DNA of 64,000 bases from Dyella koreensis (GCF_044904565.1 NZ_JADIKD010000011.1:101724-165723); one strand, 5' to 3'; positions 42,162 to 56,587 are shown, counted from the first letter of the stretch. The notes: generated by a model from the sequence alone, not told the origin. A program made the numbers and translations.

Positions 42162-44975
42162 ATGGAAGCAACGTTTGCACGGCGCGCCCTATGGGCGGCG
42201 CTGCTAGGTGTCGTTTCGATCACGTCGGCGCAGGCCGCCGACCTCAGCATCAGCCAGTTCCGCGTGCGCGGCCCGGCGGGCGGCAACGATGAGTTCGTCG
42301 AACTGTTCAACGGCGGCAGCGCCGCGCTCGACGTCTCCGGCTTCAAGTTCAATGCCTCCAACAACAGCGGCACCACCGGCACCCGCCTGACGTTTCCGGC
42401 GGGCACCTCGATCGCCCCGGGTTGCCATCTGCTGCTGACTAACGGCGCGAGCGGCGGCTACTCCGGCAGCGTCGCCGGCGATCTCAAGTACAGCACGGGC
42501 GTGACCGATGACGGCGGCCTCGCCATCCTCGACACCAGCGGCCAGTTGGTGGACCAGGTCGGTCTCTCTGCCGGCTCGGCTTACAAGGCCGGCACGCCGC
42601 TGACTTCGCTGGGCTCCACCAATGCGGACAAGAGCTACGGCCGCCAGACCAATGGCGCCGGCCTGCCGCAGAACACCGGCGACAACCAGGCGGACTTCGT
42701 GGTGGTGACGCCCACCGCACCGCATAACGCCAGCAGCCGCTGCGCGGTGATGAACCTGGCCCTGTCGATCGCCGATACCAGCGTGACCGTGCATGGCGCC
42801 GGCAACCTGACCATGCCGTTCGCCGTCACGCTCAACCAGCCCGCGCCCGCGGGCGGCGTCAGCGTGCACGTGGCTACGCAGGACGACAGCGCCACCGTCG
42901 CCAACGGCGACTACGACGCCGTCGACACCACGCTGACCATTGCCGAAGGACAGACCCAGGCAAGCTTCAATGTGGTCGTGCATGGCCGCACCACCGGTGC
43001 GCCTGACAAGGCTTTCCTGGTCAAGCTGAGCCAGCCCAGCGGCGGTGTTTCGCTGGCCCGTGACAGTGCGATCGGCGCGATCCTGTACGACATTCCGGTC
43101 GCCGCGGAGATCTGGGAAATCCAGGGCCGCGAACAGACCTCGCCGCTTGTCGGCAAGTCGGTGAAGACCAGCGGCAATATCGTGACCGCGGTGGGCCCTG
43201 CCGGCTTCACCATGCAGACGCCGGACACCCGTGCCGACGCCGACCCGCTCACCTCCAACGGCATCTACGTGTTCACCGCCAGCAAACCGACCGTGGCTAT
43301 CGGCGATGTGGTGGACGTGGATGCCACGGTCGACAACTACTACCACCTGACCGAGCTGAAGAACGCCAAGGTCAATGTCACTTCGCACGGCACTGCACTG
43401 CCGGCGCCGGTGGTGTTCGACCGCAAGACGCCCTCTTCCGATCCCGACAAGCTCTCCTGCGGCGCCACCAACTTCCAGTGCTTCGTGGGCATGCGCGTGG
43501 TGATCGAGCACGGCATGATCAACACCGGCAACAAGCGCTTCAGCACGCAGCCGTTCGCCGAAGTGAGCATCACCGCCAACGGCAAACGCTCGCTGCGCCA
43601 GCCTGGCGTACGCTACGGCGTGGCGGTGCCGGACGGCGTCGATCTGCCCAACTGGAGCGGCAACCCGGAAGTGTTCAAGATGAACACCGCCGATTTCGGT
43701 GCAGTGCCGGTGAATACCCCGTACGTCGCTGGCACCACCTTCCGCGCGGAAGGCGTGATCTCCTATGACTTCGGTGCGTACACCTTCATCCCCACCTCGA
43801 TCACGGTGAAGCACGCCGCGCCGATGCCGCGCGCGGTCACGCCGACGCCGGAGCGCGCGCTGCGTATCGGCGCGTTCAATACCGAGCGTTTCTGCGATAG
43901 CGAGTTCAACACCACCTTCACCTGCAGCGGCAACAGCAAGGAGCCGACGCCGGCCGAAGTGGCGCTGAAGACGCAGCGCCTGTCCGCCTACATCGGCGGC
44001 GTGCTGAAGCTGCCGGACGTGCTGTCGGTGGAAGAAGTGAAGAGCCTCACCGTGCTGCAGGGTCTGGCCAAGCAGCTCGGCGACGACTACCCGGCGAAGT
44101 ACGAGGCCTACCTGGTACCGGGCCACGATCCGAGCGGCATCAACGTGGGTTTCCTGGTGCGCAGTGACCGTGTGCGTGTGTTGTCGGTGCAGCAACTTGC
44201 CGCGGACGAAACCTGGAATGACAACGGCAACACTGCCTTCATCCACGATCATCCGCCGCTGCTGCTGACGGCCGAAGTGCGCGGCATGCGCTTCCAGGTG
44301 ATCTCGGTGCATCCGAAAGCACGCACCAATGTCGACAAGAACGACGCCAGCGCCACGCGCGACCGCCAGAAGCGCTTCGAGCAGTCCACGTCGCTGGCGC
44401 GCCAGGTGCAGAGCCTGCAGACCCGCTTCCCATCGCAGCCGCTGCTGGTGGTCGGCGATTTCAACGCCTATCAGTTCAGCGATGGCTGGGTCGACGTGGT
44501 CGGCATGATCTCGGGCAAGTACAAGGACAGCGAGAACCTGCTCAAGCTTGGCCGCAATATCGTGCAGCCCGCACTGTGGAATGCGGTGGAGTCGGTGCCG
44601 GAGAACGATCGCTATTCGTTCCTGTTCACTGAGAAGTTTGGCGAGATTCAGGGCTACACCAAGGCCGGCACCGGCAACTCCGGCCGCGAAGTGCCGACAG
44701 TGCAGGTGCTCGATCATGCGCTGCTGAACCGCGCCGCCGCGCGCCGCTTCATCCAGATGCAGTACGGCCGCGCGGATATCGATGCCCCGGTGCAGACCGA
44801 GATGGATGCCGCCAATGCGCCGGACGGGACCAAGGCCATCGGTGCTTCCGACCATGATGGTCTGGTAGTCGACCTGTTCGCGCCGGCAATGTTCGACCCG
44901 CATGGCGATCACGATCATGGCCACGGCCATGACGATCGCGACAACGGGCATGGCAAGGAACAGCACGGCCACTGA
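42162..44975 (+). CDS. ExeM/NucH-family extracellular endonuclease (signal peptide, lamin-tail domain, Calx-beta-like domain, EEP nuclease domain, His-rich C-terminus)
   Basis: An LTD (SISQFRVRGPAGGNDEFVELFNGGSAALDVSGFKF...LAILDTSGQLVDQVG), a Calx-beta-like segment, an EEP domain (LRIGAFNTERF...VVGDFNAYQF...GASDHDGLVV), and a tail ending ...HGDHDHGHGHDDRDNGHGKEQHGH. The first ATG (MEATF) is at 42162, and the tool's 42153 start is GTG. Confidence 0.8.
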   Translation: MEATFARRALWAALLGVVSITSAQAADLSISQFRVRGPAGGNDEFVELFNGGSAALDVSGFKFNASNNSGTTGTRLTFPAGTSIAPGCHLLLTNGASGGYSGSVAGDLKYSTGVTDDGGLAILDTSGQLVDQVGLSAGSAYKAGTPLTSLGSTNADKSYGRQTNGAGLPQNTGDNQADFVVVTPTAPHNASSRCAVMNLALSIADTSVTVHGAGNLTMPFAVTLNQPAPAGGVSVHVATQDDSATVANGDYDAVDTTLTIAEGQTQASFNVVVHGRTTGAPDKAFLVKLSQPSGGVSLARDSAIGAILYDIPVAAEIWEIQGREQTSPLVGKSVKTSGNIVTAVGPAGFTMQTPDTRADADPLTSNGIYVFTASKPTVAIGDVVDVDATVDNYYHLTELKNAKVNVTSHGTALPAPVVFDRKTPSSDPDKLSCGATNFQCFVGMRVVIEHGMINTGNKRFSTQPFAEVSITANGKRSLRQPGVRYGVAVPDGVDLPNWSGNPEVFKMNTADFGAVPVNTPYVAGTTFRAEGVISYDFGAYTFIPTSITVKHAAPMPRAVTPTPERALRIGAFNTERFCDSEFNTTFTCSGNSKEPTPAEVALKTQRLSAYIGGVLKLPDVLSVEEVKSLTVLQGLAKQLGDDYPAKYEAYLVPGHDPSGINVGFLVRSDRVRVLSVQQLAADETWNDNGNTAFIHDHPPLLLTAEVRGMRFQVISVHPKARTNVDKNDASATRDRQKRFEQSTSLARQVQSLQTRFPSQPLLVVGDFNAYQFSDGWVDVVGMISGKYKDSENLLKLGRNIVQPALWNAVESVPENDRYSFLFTEKFGEIQGYTKAGTGNSGREVPTVQVLDHALLNRAAARRFIQMQYGRADIDAPVQTEMDAANAPDGTKAIGASDHDGLVVDLFAPAMFDPHGDHDHGHGHDDRDNGHGKEQHGH

Positions 44976-44998
44976 GGCTTCAGCATCTCGGCCTAGTA

Positions 44999-45033
44999 AC
45001 CCCCGCCTGTCGCCAGGCGGGGGTTTTCGTTTC
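44999..45033 (+). terminator. Terminator after the nuclease gene
   Basis: CCCCCGCCTG-tcgc-CAGGCGGGGG followed by TTTTCGTTT. Confidence 0.8.
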
Positions 45034-45163
45034 CGGTCCTGGCCGGAGTCATCCACCCGACACATTCGGGTGCGATCTTGCTGCACTGCACGCCTGTACC
45101 GGCGCTGCCGGCTATGGATGGCCACCTCGCTGTTTCAGTGTTCACCCCAATTGAGTAAGTGCG

Positions 45164-47026
45164 ATGGGCCGACTTCGTCATGGTCCCCTCCACCCGGGCC
45201 GTACCCGCACGAGCCGTCCTGTCCTTATGCCTGTGCCGCCGCGCAAGGATTCACGTCACGACGTGCTGGAGCGCGCGCTGGTGCCTGGGAATCTGTTGCC
45301 GGTGTTCCAGCCGCTGATGCGGCTGGACACGCTTGAAGTGGTGGCCCATGAGGGCCTGAGCCGCTGCGCCTTCGCGCCGGACACGGTCAGCATGCTCGAC
45401 CTGCTCGATATCGCCCGCGCCGAAGGACGTCTGGCCGATCTGGAGTTGCACGCCGCACGCACCATCAGTACCGCATTCACCGCATCGGCGGCCAGCGGCC
45501 GCCTGCTGGTGAATCTGAGCGCGCGCGCCATCCTGCAGGACCTGATACGCCCGGACGATGTGCTGGCCGCGCTGGTCGCTGGCGGCCTCGATCCGGCCCG
45601 CGTCACCATCGAAGTCACCGAACGCGATGTGGTGGCGAACCCGGTGCTGCTTGCCGACGCGCTCGGTTACCTGCGCGCGCATGGCATGCGCATCGCTCTG
45701 GATGATTTCGGCAACGGCCATTCCAACTTCGAGATGTGGAACGAGATCCACCCGGATATCGTCAAGATCGACCGCTACCTCATCAACGGCCTCTCGCGCA
45801 GCGCCGAACGCCTGGCGATCGTGCGCGCCCTGTGTCAGGTCGCGGAGACGCTGGGTACCGACCTGGTCGGCGAAGGCGTGGAAGATCCAGCAGACCTGCG
45901 CCTGATCCGCGAGCTAGGTATCCCCTACGCACAGGGTTTCCTGATCGGCTATCCGGCGAACGCACCGGTGGCGGAACCGCGCGACGAAGCGCGCCAGGCG
46001 CTGCTGACGCCTTCTGTCCCGGTGCATCCGCGCCCGCGTGGCCCGGTGACGCAGCGGCCTACCCAGGTCGGGCATCTGGCGATGGACGCACCCTCAGTCG
46101 ACCCGCGGCAGAGCAACGATGAAGTGATGGCTCTGTTCGTCGACTATCCCGAACTGCATGCGGTGGCGGTAGTGCAGGACGGACGCCCGATCGGCCTGAT
46201 CAACCGGCGCCTGGTCAACGAACGCATGGCGCAACCTTTCGCACGCGAACTGCTGGCGCGCAAATCCTGCACGGCGCTGATGAATCACGCGCCGCTGGTA
46301 TGCGACGAGCAGCGCAGTCTTGAGAGTCTCGCCGATGTGCTGCGCGGTGAAGACCAACGCTATCTGAGCGACGGCTTCATCGTTACCAGCGGTGGCCGCT
46401 ATCGCGGGCTGGGTACCGGCGAGTCCCTGGTGCGCCGGGTCAGCGAGCTGCGCATCGACGCGGCGCGTCACGCCAACCCGCTTACCTTCCTGCCGGGAAA
46501 CATTCCCACCACCGAACACCTCGCACGCCTGCTGGGCGGTAGCGAAGCATTTGCGGTCGCGCATGTCGATCTCACCGACTTCAAGCCCTTCAACGACCGC
46601 TACGGCTATTTCCGCGGCGACGAAATGATCCGCCTGCTATCCGGCGTGCTGAGCGAGCATGTCGACCCGGCGCTGGACTTTATCGGCCATATCGGCGGCG
46701 ACGACTTCGTCGTGCTGTTCCAGAGCGAGGACTGGGTGGCGCGCTGCCAGCGCATCATTGAGAGCTTCAACGCGCGCGCGGGAGCGTTGTTCGATCCGAT
46801 CGACCGTGCACGTGGCGGACTGCGCGGCAAGGATCGCCGCGGCGAGCCGCAGTTCTTTCCGTTCACCACCGTGGTGATCGGCGCCGTCCAGGTGCTGCCG
46901 CCGCTGCCGCAACGCGCCGAATCCATCGCTACGTTGGCGGCCCGTGCGAAACGCCATGCCAAGCGCGCCAACGTGGGCTTGCATGTGTTCTCGCGCTCGG
47001 TGGCATCGCTGGCGCAGCCGGTCTGA
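45164..47026 (+). CDS. c-di-GMP turnover protein with unusual EAL - CBS pair - GGDEF(GGDDF) order
   Basis: An N-terminal EAL (…LPVFQPLMRLDT…IEVTERD…DDFGNGHS…IVKIDR…), central CBS-like repeats (VAVVQDGRPIGLINRRLV), and a C-terminal GGDEF-like domain with GGDDF. An alternative ATG lies at 45227. Confidence 0.8.
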   Translation: MGRLRHGPLHPGRTRTSRPVLMPVPPRKDSRHDVLERALVPGNLLPVFQPLMRLDTLEVVAHEGLSRCAFAPDTVSMLDLLDIARAEGRLADLELHAARTISTAFTASAASGRLLVNLSARAILQDLIRPDDVLAALVAGGLDPARVTIEVTERDVVANPVLLADALGYLRAHGMRIALDDFGNGHSNFEMWNEIHPDIVKIDRYLINGLSRSAERLAIVRALCQVAETLGTDLVGEGVEDPADLRLIRELGIPYAQGFLIGYPANAPVAEPRDEARQALLTPSVPVHPRPRGPVTQRPTQVGHLAMDAPSVDPRQSNDEVMALFVDYPELHAVAVVQDGRPIGLINRRLVNERMAQPFARELLARKSCTALMNHAPLVCDEQRSLESLADVLRGEDQRYLSDGFIVTSGGRYRGLGTGESLVRRVSELRIDAARHANPLTFLPGNIPTTEHLARLLGGSEAFAVAHVDLTDFKPFNDRYGYFRGDEMIRLLSGVLSEHVDPALDFIGHIGGDDFVVLFQSEDWVARCQRIIESFNARAGALFDPIDRARGGLRGKDRRGEPQFFPFTTVVIGAVQVLPPLPQRAESIATLAARAKRHAKRANVGLHVFSRSVASLAQPV

Positions 47027-47044
47027 CCGCGCCAGCAACCTCAG

Positions 47045-49475
<2,431 letters not shown>

Positions 49476-49575
49476 AGCGGCTCCAGGGACGTCCGCCCAG
49501 CCTGCCAGCCGCAGGCGTTGCGGTCCAGTGCTGCGGTGCCGCATAGTGCCGCTTTGCGAACTCTGCCCGGCACTC

Positions 49576-50808
49576 ATGAAAACCTCGTATCCGAAAGAAG
49601 ACATCAAGGTCCTGCTGTTGGAAGGCGTCAGCCAGAGTGCAGTGGAAAGCTTCCGCCGCGCTGGCTACAGCCAGATCGAATTTCACGAGAAGTCGCTGCC
49701 GGAAGCGGAACTCAAGGCGCGCATCGCCGAGGCCCATATCGTGGGTATCCGCTCGCGCAGCCACCTCACCAAGGACATTTTGGAAAACGCGCGCCGCCTG
49801 ATCGCGGTGGGCTGCTTTTGCATCGGCACCAATCAGGTGGATCTGGAAGCGGCACGCGCGCTTGGCGTTCCTGTGTTCAACGCGCCCTACTCCAACACCC
49901 GCAGCGTGGCCGAGCTGGTGATCGCCGAGGCGATCATGCTGTTGCGCGGCATTCCGCAGAAGAACGCGCTATGCCATCGCGGCGGTTGGACCAAGTCGGC
50001 TGCGGGCAGCTTTGAGACACGCGACAAGGTGCTGGGCATCGTCGGCTACGGTCATATCGGCACGCAGATCGGCGTGCTGGCCGAGGCGCTGGGCATGCGG
50101 GTGATTTTCCATGACGTGGAGACCAAGCTGTCGCTGGGCAATGCCCGCGCCGCCAGCAGCCTGGACGATCTGCTGGAACGCGCCGATGTGGTGACCCTGC
50201 ATGTGCCGGAAACGCCCGCGACCAAGCTGATGATCGGCGCGACCGAGCTGGCCAAGATGCGCAAAGGTTCGTTGCTGATCAACGCTTCGCGCGGCACGGT
50301 GGTGGATATCGATGCACTCGCCGCGGCCCTGCGCAGCGAGCATCTGGCCGGCGCGGCGGTGGACGTGTTTCCGGTGGAGCCCAAGGGCAATGACGATGCC
50401 TTCGTGTCGCCGCTGGTCGGCATGGACAACGTCATCCTTACCCCGCATATCGGCGGCAGCACACTGGAGGCGCAGGACAACATCGGTATCGAAGTGGCGA
50501 GCAAGCTGGTGCGCTACAGCGACAACGGCTCCACCCTGTCAGCGGTGAACTTCCCCGAAGTGACCTTGCCCGAGCATCCGAACAGCCGCCGACTGCTGCA
50601 TATCCATCGCAACGTGCCGGGTGTGCTGTCGCGCATCAACGAGCTGTTCTCGGCGGGCAATATCAACATTGACGCTCAGTTCCTGCAGACCGATCCGCAG
50701 GTGGGTTACGTGGTGATCGATGTCTCCGCGGATGAAGCGCAGGCGGCCATCCTCAAGGACAAGCTCGCTGCCATTCCGGGCACGTTGCGCAGTCGCGTGC
50801 TGTACTGA
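49576..50808 (+). CDS. serA: D-3-phosphoglycerate dehydrogenase
   Basis: MKTSYPKEDIKVLLLEGVSQSAVE..., about 410 aa with a C-terminal ACT domain. Confidence 0.93.
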   Translation: MKTSYPKEDIKVLLLEGVSQSAVESFRRAGYSQIEFHEKSLPEAELKARIAEAHIVGIRSRSHLTKDILENARRLIAVGCFCIGTNQVDLEAARALGVPVFNAPYSNTRSVAELVIAEAIMLLRGIPQKNALCHRGGWTKSAAGSFETRDKVLGIVGYGHIGTQIGVLAEALGMRVIFHDVETKLSLGNARAASSLDDLLERADVVTLHVPETPATKLMIGATELAKMRKGSLLINASRGTVVDIDALAAALRSEHLAGAAVDVFPVEPKGNDDAFVSPLVGMDNVILTPHIGGSTLEAQDNIGIEVASKLVRYSDNGSTLSAVNFPEVTLPEHPNSRRLLHIHRNVPGVLSRINELFSAGNINIDAQFLQTDPQVGYVVIDVSADEAQAAILKDKLAAIPGTLRSRVLY

Positions 50809-50963
50809 CGGCGCACCGGCTGGCGGGCACACACGCGTCCTTCACTGGCAGGCGGCGTAACGTGATGTTCCCGTCGGCGACGTCGCCGGCATCGACAGCA
50901 GTCGCATCATGGGCACAGTGGCGTTACCGGAACGGATGACGGAGATCGAGATCACCGTACCGG

Positions 50964-51917
50964 GTGGTCCCGACGTGCTCCAGCCGCGTACCGTGCCCAC
51001 GCCCTCGCCTGGGCAAGGCGAATTGCCTGGTACGCGTCGAGGCGGCCGGCGTGAATCGGCCCGATGTCATTCAGCGATTGGGTAACTACCCCATGCCGCC
51101 CGGCGCGCATCCCACACCCGGGCTGGAGATAGCTGGCGAAGTCGTCGCCATCGGCGAAGGCGTTACCGGCTTTGCGCTGGGCGACATGGTGTGCGGCCTC
51201 ACCAATGGCGGCGGCTACGCCGAGTATTGCGCGCTCCCCGCGGGCCAGACCCTGCCACGGCCGCGCGGACTGACGTCGGTGCAGGCTGCCGCGATACCGG
51301 AAACCTTCTTCACCGTGTGGGCCAACCTGTTCCGCATCGGGCAGGCCGCCAAGGGACAGCACGCGCTCATTCATGGCGGCACCAGCGGCATCGGCACCAC
51401 GGCGCTGATGCTGTGTCGCGAATTTGGCATCCACGCATTCGCCACGGCCGGCAACGAGCGCAAGTGCGCGGCGATCCGTGAGCTGGGCGCGGAAGCCATC
51501 AACTACCGCGAAGAACACTTCGCCCTCGCCGTGCTCAACAAAACCGACGGCCACGGCGTCGATGTGATTCTCGACATCATGGGTGGTGCTTATTTCGAAC
51601 GGAATCTGGCGGCGCTGGCACGCGACGGCAAGCTGGTGGTGATCGGATTTCTGGGCGGCACAGTGGCCGAGCAGGTCGATCTGCAAATGCTGGCGCTCAA
51701 GCGCGCGACCGTCACCGGCTCCACCATGCGGGCACGCACACCGGCCGAGAAAGCCGAGATCGCGAGAGACCTTTACCGTCATGTGTGGCCGGTGCTTGAA
51801 GCGGGACGCTGCCTACCTATGATCTATCGCGTGTTTCCGCTCGCACAGGCGGCAGAGGCCCATCGCTTGATGGAGACCGGCGAGCATGTGGGTAAGATCG
51901 TGCTGGAAGTCAGCTAG
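50964..51917 (+). pseudogene. qor: NAD(P)H quinone oxidoreductase (Qor/zinc-ADH family) with apparent +1 frameshift near codon 30
   Basis: The ATG at 50936 encodes [30 protein letters not shown] in one frame. The conserved continuation [13 protein letters not shown]... runs in the +1 frame from about 51026 (ttgCctggtacgc). The tool ORF 50964..51917 covers the downstream frame. Confidence 0.6.
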
Positions 51918-51927
51918 CGGAGGCGAT

Positions 51928-52242
51928 GCCTTGAACACCTCATGCACCCATCTGGACGGGATCCGCGACGTCACCCCGAGCGCCGCCGGCTGTGAGGAAT
52001 GCCTCAAGACCGGCAGCCCCTGGGTTCATCTGCGCATTTGCCGCACCTGCGGCCACGTGGGTTGCTGCGACAGCTCGCCCAACAAACATGCCACCAAGCA
52101 TTACCACGCGACCAGTCACCCCATCATCGAAGGCTACGATCCACCGGAAGGTTGGGGGTGGTGCTATGTCGATGAGTTGTTCTTCGATCTGACCGATCGC
52201 AAGACGCCGCATCCGGGACCGATTCCGCGTTTTGTGCCGTAG
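51928..52242 (+). CDS. UBP-type zinc-finger domain protein
   Basis: ...CTHLDGIRDVTPSAAGCEECLKTGSPWVHLRICRTCGHVGCCDSSPNKHATKHYHATSHP... The likely TTG start at 51928 follows GGAGG, and an alternative ATG at 51886 overlaps qor. Confidence 0.65.
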   Translation, partial: ALNTSCTHLDGIRDVTPSAAGCEECLKTGSPWVHLRICRTCGHVGCCDSSPNKHATKHYHATSHPIIEGYDPPEGWGWCYVDELFFDLTDRKTPHPGPIPRFVP

Positions 52243-52257
52243 CGAAAATCGGGCACA

Positions 52258-52290
52258 AAAAAACGGCGCCATGGAGGCGCCGTTTTCAAT
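52258..52290 (+). terminator. Rho-independent terminator
   Basis: ACGGCGCC-atggag-GCGCCGTTTTC. Confidence 0.75.
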
Positions 52291-52302
52291 GAGTCACCGC
52301 AT

Positions 52303-52379
52303 TGGTCGGGGCGGCCGGATTCGAACCGACGACCCTTTGCCCCCCAGGCAAATGCGCTACCAGGCTGCGCTACGCCCCG
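52303..52379 (-). tRNA. tRNA-Pro (anticodon GGG)
   Basis: Cloverleaf: acceptor CGGGGCG/CGCCCCG, D-arm GCGC-AGCCTGGTA-GCGC, anticodon arm TTTGC-CTGGGGG-GCAAA, T-arm GTCGG-TTCGAAT-CCGGC, discriminator A, and an encoded CCA. Confidence 0.85.
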
Positions 52380-52443
52380 ACGATACGGCAAGTGGGCAAG
52401 TCTAGCAGTTCGCCAGACCTTGATGAAAGTTATTTGGGACGCT

Positions 52444-52800
52444 TCAGCGACGCAGCAGGCTCAGCACTTCTTCCAGTTCCATGCGCACCTGGCGCACGAT
52501 CTGGTGGGACATGCTGGCCTCCATGCGAGCCTGCGGACCTTCCAGGCGGGCGCGCGCGCCGGTGATGGTAAAGCCCTCGTCATACAGCAGGCCGCGGATC
52601 TGGCGGATCATCAGCACGTCATGGCGCTGGTAGTAGCGGCGGTTGCCACGGCGCTTGACGGGATTGAGGGCGGGAAACTCCTGCTCCCAATAGCGCAGCA
52701 CGTGCGGCTTCACGCCACACAGGTCGCTGACCTCACCGATGGTGAAGTAACGCTTGGCCGGAATGGCCGGGAGTTCGGTGTTATTCCCTTGGTCCAGCAT
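52444..52800 (-). CDS. MerR-family transcriptional regulator (conserved partner downstream of ihfA)
   Basis: ...[26 protein letters not shown]... MerR HTH. Confidence 0.85.
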   Translation of the reverse strand: MLDQGNNTELPAIPAKRYFTIGEVSDLCGVKPHVLRYWEQEFPALNPVKRRGNRRYYQRHDVLMIRQIRGLLYDEGFTITGARARLEGPQARMEASMSHQIVRQVRMELEEVLSLLRR

Positions 52801-53080
52801 AGCTCTCGACTCTCACCTTGAGTTTCTGCCCCGGACGGAACGTCACCACGCGGCGAGCCGAGATCGGGATCTCTTCACCGGTTTTCGGGTTGCGTCCCGG
52901 GCGCTGGTTCTTCTGACGCAGGTCGAAGTTGCCGAAACCCGACAGCTTCACCTGCTCGCCCTTTTCCAATGCCTCGCGGACGACCTCGAAATAGGCGTCC
53001 ACGAATTCCTTAGCCTCTCGCTTGTTGAGGCCCACCTCGAGAAAGAGGCGCTCGGCCATCTCCGCCTTGGTCAGCGCCAT
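52781..53080 (-). CDS. ihfA: Integration host factor subunit alpha
   Basis: [57 protein letters not shown]... Confidence 0.95.
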   Translation of the reverse strand: MALTKAEMAERLFLEVGLNKREAKEFVDAYFEVVREALEKGEQVKLSGFGNFDLRQKNQRPGRNPKTGEEIPISARRVVTFRPGQKLKVRVESYAGPRE

Positions 53081-53081
53081 G

Positions 53082-55460
53082 TCATCCTCGCAATCTTGCC
53101 TTGCATGCTGTCTCCAACGCAGCTACTGCTTCACGTACGCAGCGATCCGCGTCGTCGTCAGTAAGCGTGCGTGAAGCGTCCTGCAAAATCAAGCCCATAG
53201 CGAGACTCTTTCGGCCTGTCTCGACCCCTTTGCCGCTGTAGCGGTCGAACAGGCGCAGCTCCTTGAGCTGGTCTCCCAGGGCCCCACGGACCGATTGTTC
53301 AATCTGTGACCACTGCACCTCTTCCGGCAGGTCCACGGCGATGTCGCGGCGCACCGAAGGGAAGCGCGGGACCGGCTGAGCCTTGGGCAGGAGGCGGGCC
53401 AGCAGCGGCTCCAAGGCCAGTTCCACCACATGCACGTCCGGCCCCAGGTCCAGCGCCTTGGCCAGCTGCGGATGCAGGGCACCGAGGTAGCCCACCGTCT
53501 GGCCGTCCCGCGCGATGCGGGCGCCGCGTCCAGGATGCAGCCAGCCCGGCAGGCCATCGGCATGCATCGACCAGCGCTGCGGCTCGCCGCCCCACGCGAT
53601 TACGGCATCCAGGTCGCCCTTGAGATCGTAGAAGTCGAGCGGGCGCGCGGCCTCACCCCATTGCTCGGCCTGCGCCGAACCGCTGGCGACGATGGCCAGG
53701 CTCGGGGTTTCCAGCGGCGGGTCGCCGGCGGCGAAAACACGCGCCACTTCAAACAGGCGGACGCGCTCCTGCTGGCGGGCACGGTTGTGGCGAAGCGCCT
53801 CAACCAGACCCGGCAACAACGAGGGACGCATGACCGCCAGATCGGCAGAGAGCGGATTGGCCAGCGGCACCAGGCGCTCGGTGAAACCCCAGCGGGTCAA
53901 CAACTCGGCCGCCAGGAACGACAGGTTGACGGCTTCGTAGTAACCACGCGCGGCCAGCTGCTCGCGCAGGGCGAGTTCGTTGATGCGTGCTTCCGGCTCG
54001 ACGGCCAGGGTCAGCGCACCAGCCGGCGTGTGCGTGGGAATGTTGTCGTAGCCAAAGATGCGTGCCACCTCTTCGACAAGATCTTCTTCGCGCTCGATAT
54101 CAAAGCGGCTGCTGGGCGCGGTGATGCTCCAGCCGTCCGCAATGGACTCGGTGCGCATACCGAGCGCGGTGAAGATGCGCGCGACCTCAGCGTCGGCGAC
54201 GTCCACGCCAAGCACGCGTTTGAGGCGCGCACGACGCAAGGTCACCGTTGCCGGCTTCGGCAGATCGGCCGGATTTTCCGCGACCAGCACCGGACCAGCC
54301 TTGCCGCCGGCGATGGACAGCAGCAGTTCGGTGGCACGCTCCAGCGCACGGCGCGGCAGCTCCGGATCGACGCCGCGCTCGAAGCGATGCGAGGCATCCG
54401 TATGCATGCCCAGCTTGCGTGCGCGGCCCATGATTGCAGCCGGCGCGAAATGTGCGGCCTCGAGGAAGATGTTGTGGGTAGCGTCGGTGACGCGCGAATC
54501 GAAGCCGCCCATCACGCCCGCTACCGCCAGTGCTTTCTGCTCGTCGGCGATCAGCACAAAGCTGCTGTCGAGCTTGGCTTCCGAAGCATCGAGCAGCTTG
54601 AGGGTTTCGCCTTCGCGCGCATGGCGGACCACGATGTCGCCTTCGAGCTTGTCGTTGTCGAAGGCGTGCAGCGGCTGACCCAGTTCCAGCATCACGTAGT
54701 TGGTGATGTCGACCACAGCGCTGATAGGGCGCAGACCGGCGCGGCGCAGACGCTCAGCCAGCCACAGCGGCGTACGCGCCTGCGGATCGATGCCTTCGAT
54801 GATGCGCCCCAGATAACGCGGCGCATCAGAGCCCGCTTCAAGGCGGATGCCACGACGCGCTTCGCCAGTGACGGGCGCGCCGCCCTGCGCTGGCACTTTC
54901 ACCGCGCTGCCGAACAGAGCGGCCACGTCATGCGCGAGACCGACCAGGCCCAGGCAGTCCGGGCGATTCGGCGTGAGCTTCAGTTCGATACTGGCATCGG
55001 GCAGGCCGAGGTAATCGGCCAGCGGCTTGCCGACCGGCGCATCCAGCGGCAACTCCAGCAGGCCGGATGCGTCGGCATCGATGCCCAGCTCCTTGGCCGA
55101 GCACAACATACCGAACGACTCCACGCCGCGCAGCTTGGCCGCCTTGATGGCGATGCCACCCGGCAGGTTGGCGCCCACCGTCGCCAGCGGCACCTTGATG
55201 CCCACGCGCGCGTTCGGCGCACCGCAGACGATCTGCAGCGGCTCACCCTGCCCCACGCTCACCTTGCATACCTGCAGGCGATCGGCTTCCGGATGTTTTT
55301 CGGCGCCGACAATCTCAGCCACCACCACGCCTGCCAGGCCTTCGCCCAGCGGCGTGAGTTCTTCCACTTCCAGCCCGGCCATGGTCAGCGCATGGGCCAG
55401 TGCTGCCCGGTCAGCCTTGATCTCGACCAGTTCGCGCAGCCAGTTCTCAGAGAATTTCAT
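53082..55460 (-). CDS. pheT: Phenylalanine--tRNA ligase beta subunit
   Basis: [21 protein letters not shown]..., about 792 aa. Confidence 0.95.
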   Translation of the reverse strand: MKFSENWLRELVEIKADRAALAHALTMAGLEVEELTPLGEGLAGVVVAEIVGAEKHPEADRLQVCKVSVGQGEPLQIVCGAPNARVGIKVPLATVGANLPGGIAIKAAKLRGVESFGMLCSAKELGIDADASGLLELPLDAPVGKPLADYLGLPDASIELKLTPNRPDCLGLVGLAHDVAALFGSAVKVPAQGGAPVTGEARRGIRLEAGSDAPRYLGRIIEGIDPQARTPLWLAERLRRAGLRPISAVVDITNYVMLELGQPLHAFDNDKLEGDIVVRHAREGETLKLLDASEAKLDSSFVLIADEQKALAVAGVMGGFDSRVTDATHNIFLEAAHFAPAAIMGRARKLGMHTDASHRFERGVDPELPRRALERATELLLSIAGGKAGPVLVAENPADLPKPATVTLRRARLKRVLGVDVADAEVARIFTALGMRTESIADGWSITAPSSRFDIEREEDLVEEVARIFGYDNIPTHTPAGALTLAVEPEARINELALREQLAARGYYEAVNLSFLAAELLTRWGFTERLVPLANPLSADLAVMRPSLLPGLVEALRHNRARQQERVRLFEVARVFAAGDPPLETPSLAIVASGSAQAEQWGEAARPLDFYDLKGDLDAVIAWGGEPQRWSMHADGLPGWLHPGRGARIARDGQTVGYLGALHPQLAKALDLGPDVHVVELALEPLLARLLPKAQPVPRFPSVRRDIAVDLPEEVQWSQIEQSVRGALGDQLKELRLFDRYSGKGVETGRKSLAMGLILQDASRTLTDDDADRCVREAVAALETACKARLRG

Positions 55461-55482
55461 GCTTGTCGATTCCTGGGTGCGA

Positions 55483-56556
<1,074 letters not shown>

Positions 56557-56587
56557 TCATATCGTCAGTGCGCGGTGCGCCGGACGA

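Noticed and set aside
52303-52379. Initial impression that tRNA-Pro(GGG) had a 6-nt anticodon loop.
   Set aside because: Recounting the raw sequence shows six C's (CCCCCC), which restores a normal 7-nt loop CUGGGGG. The tRNA is canonical.
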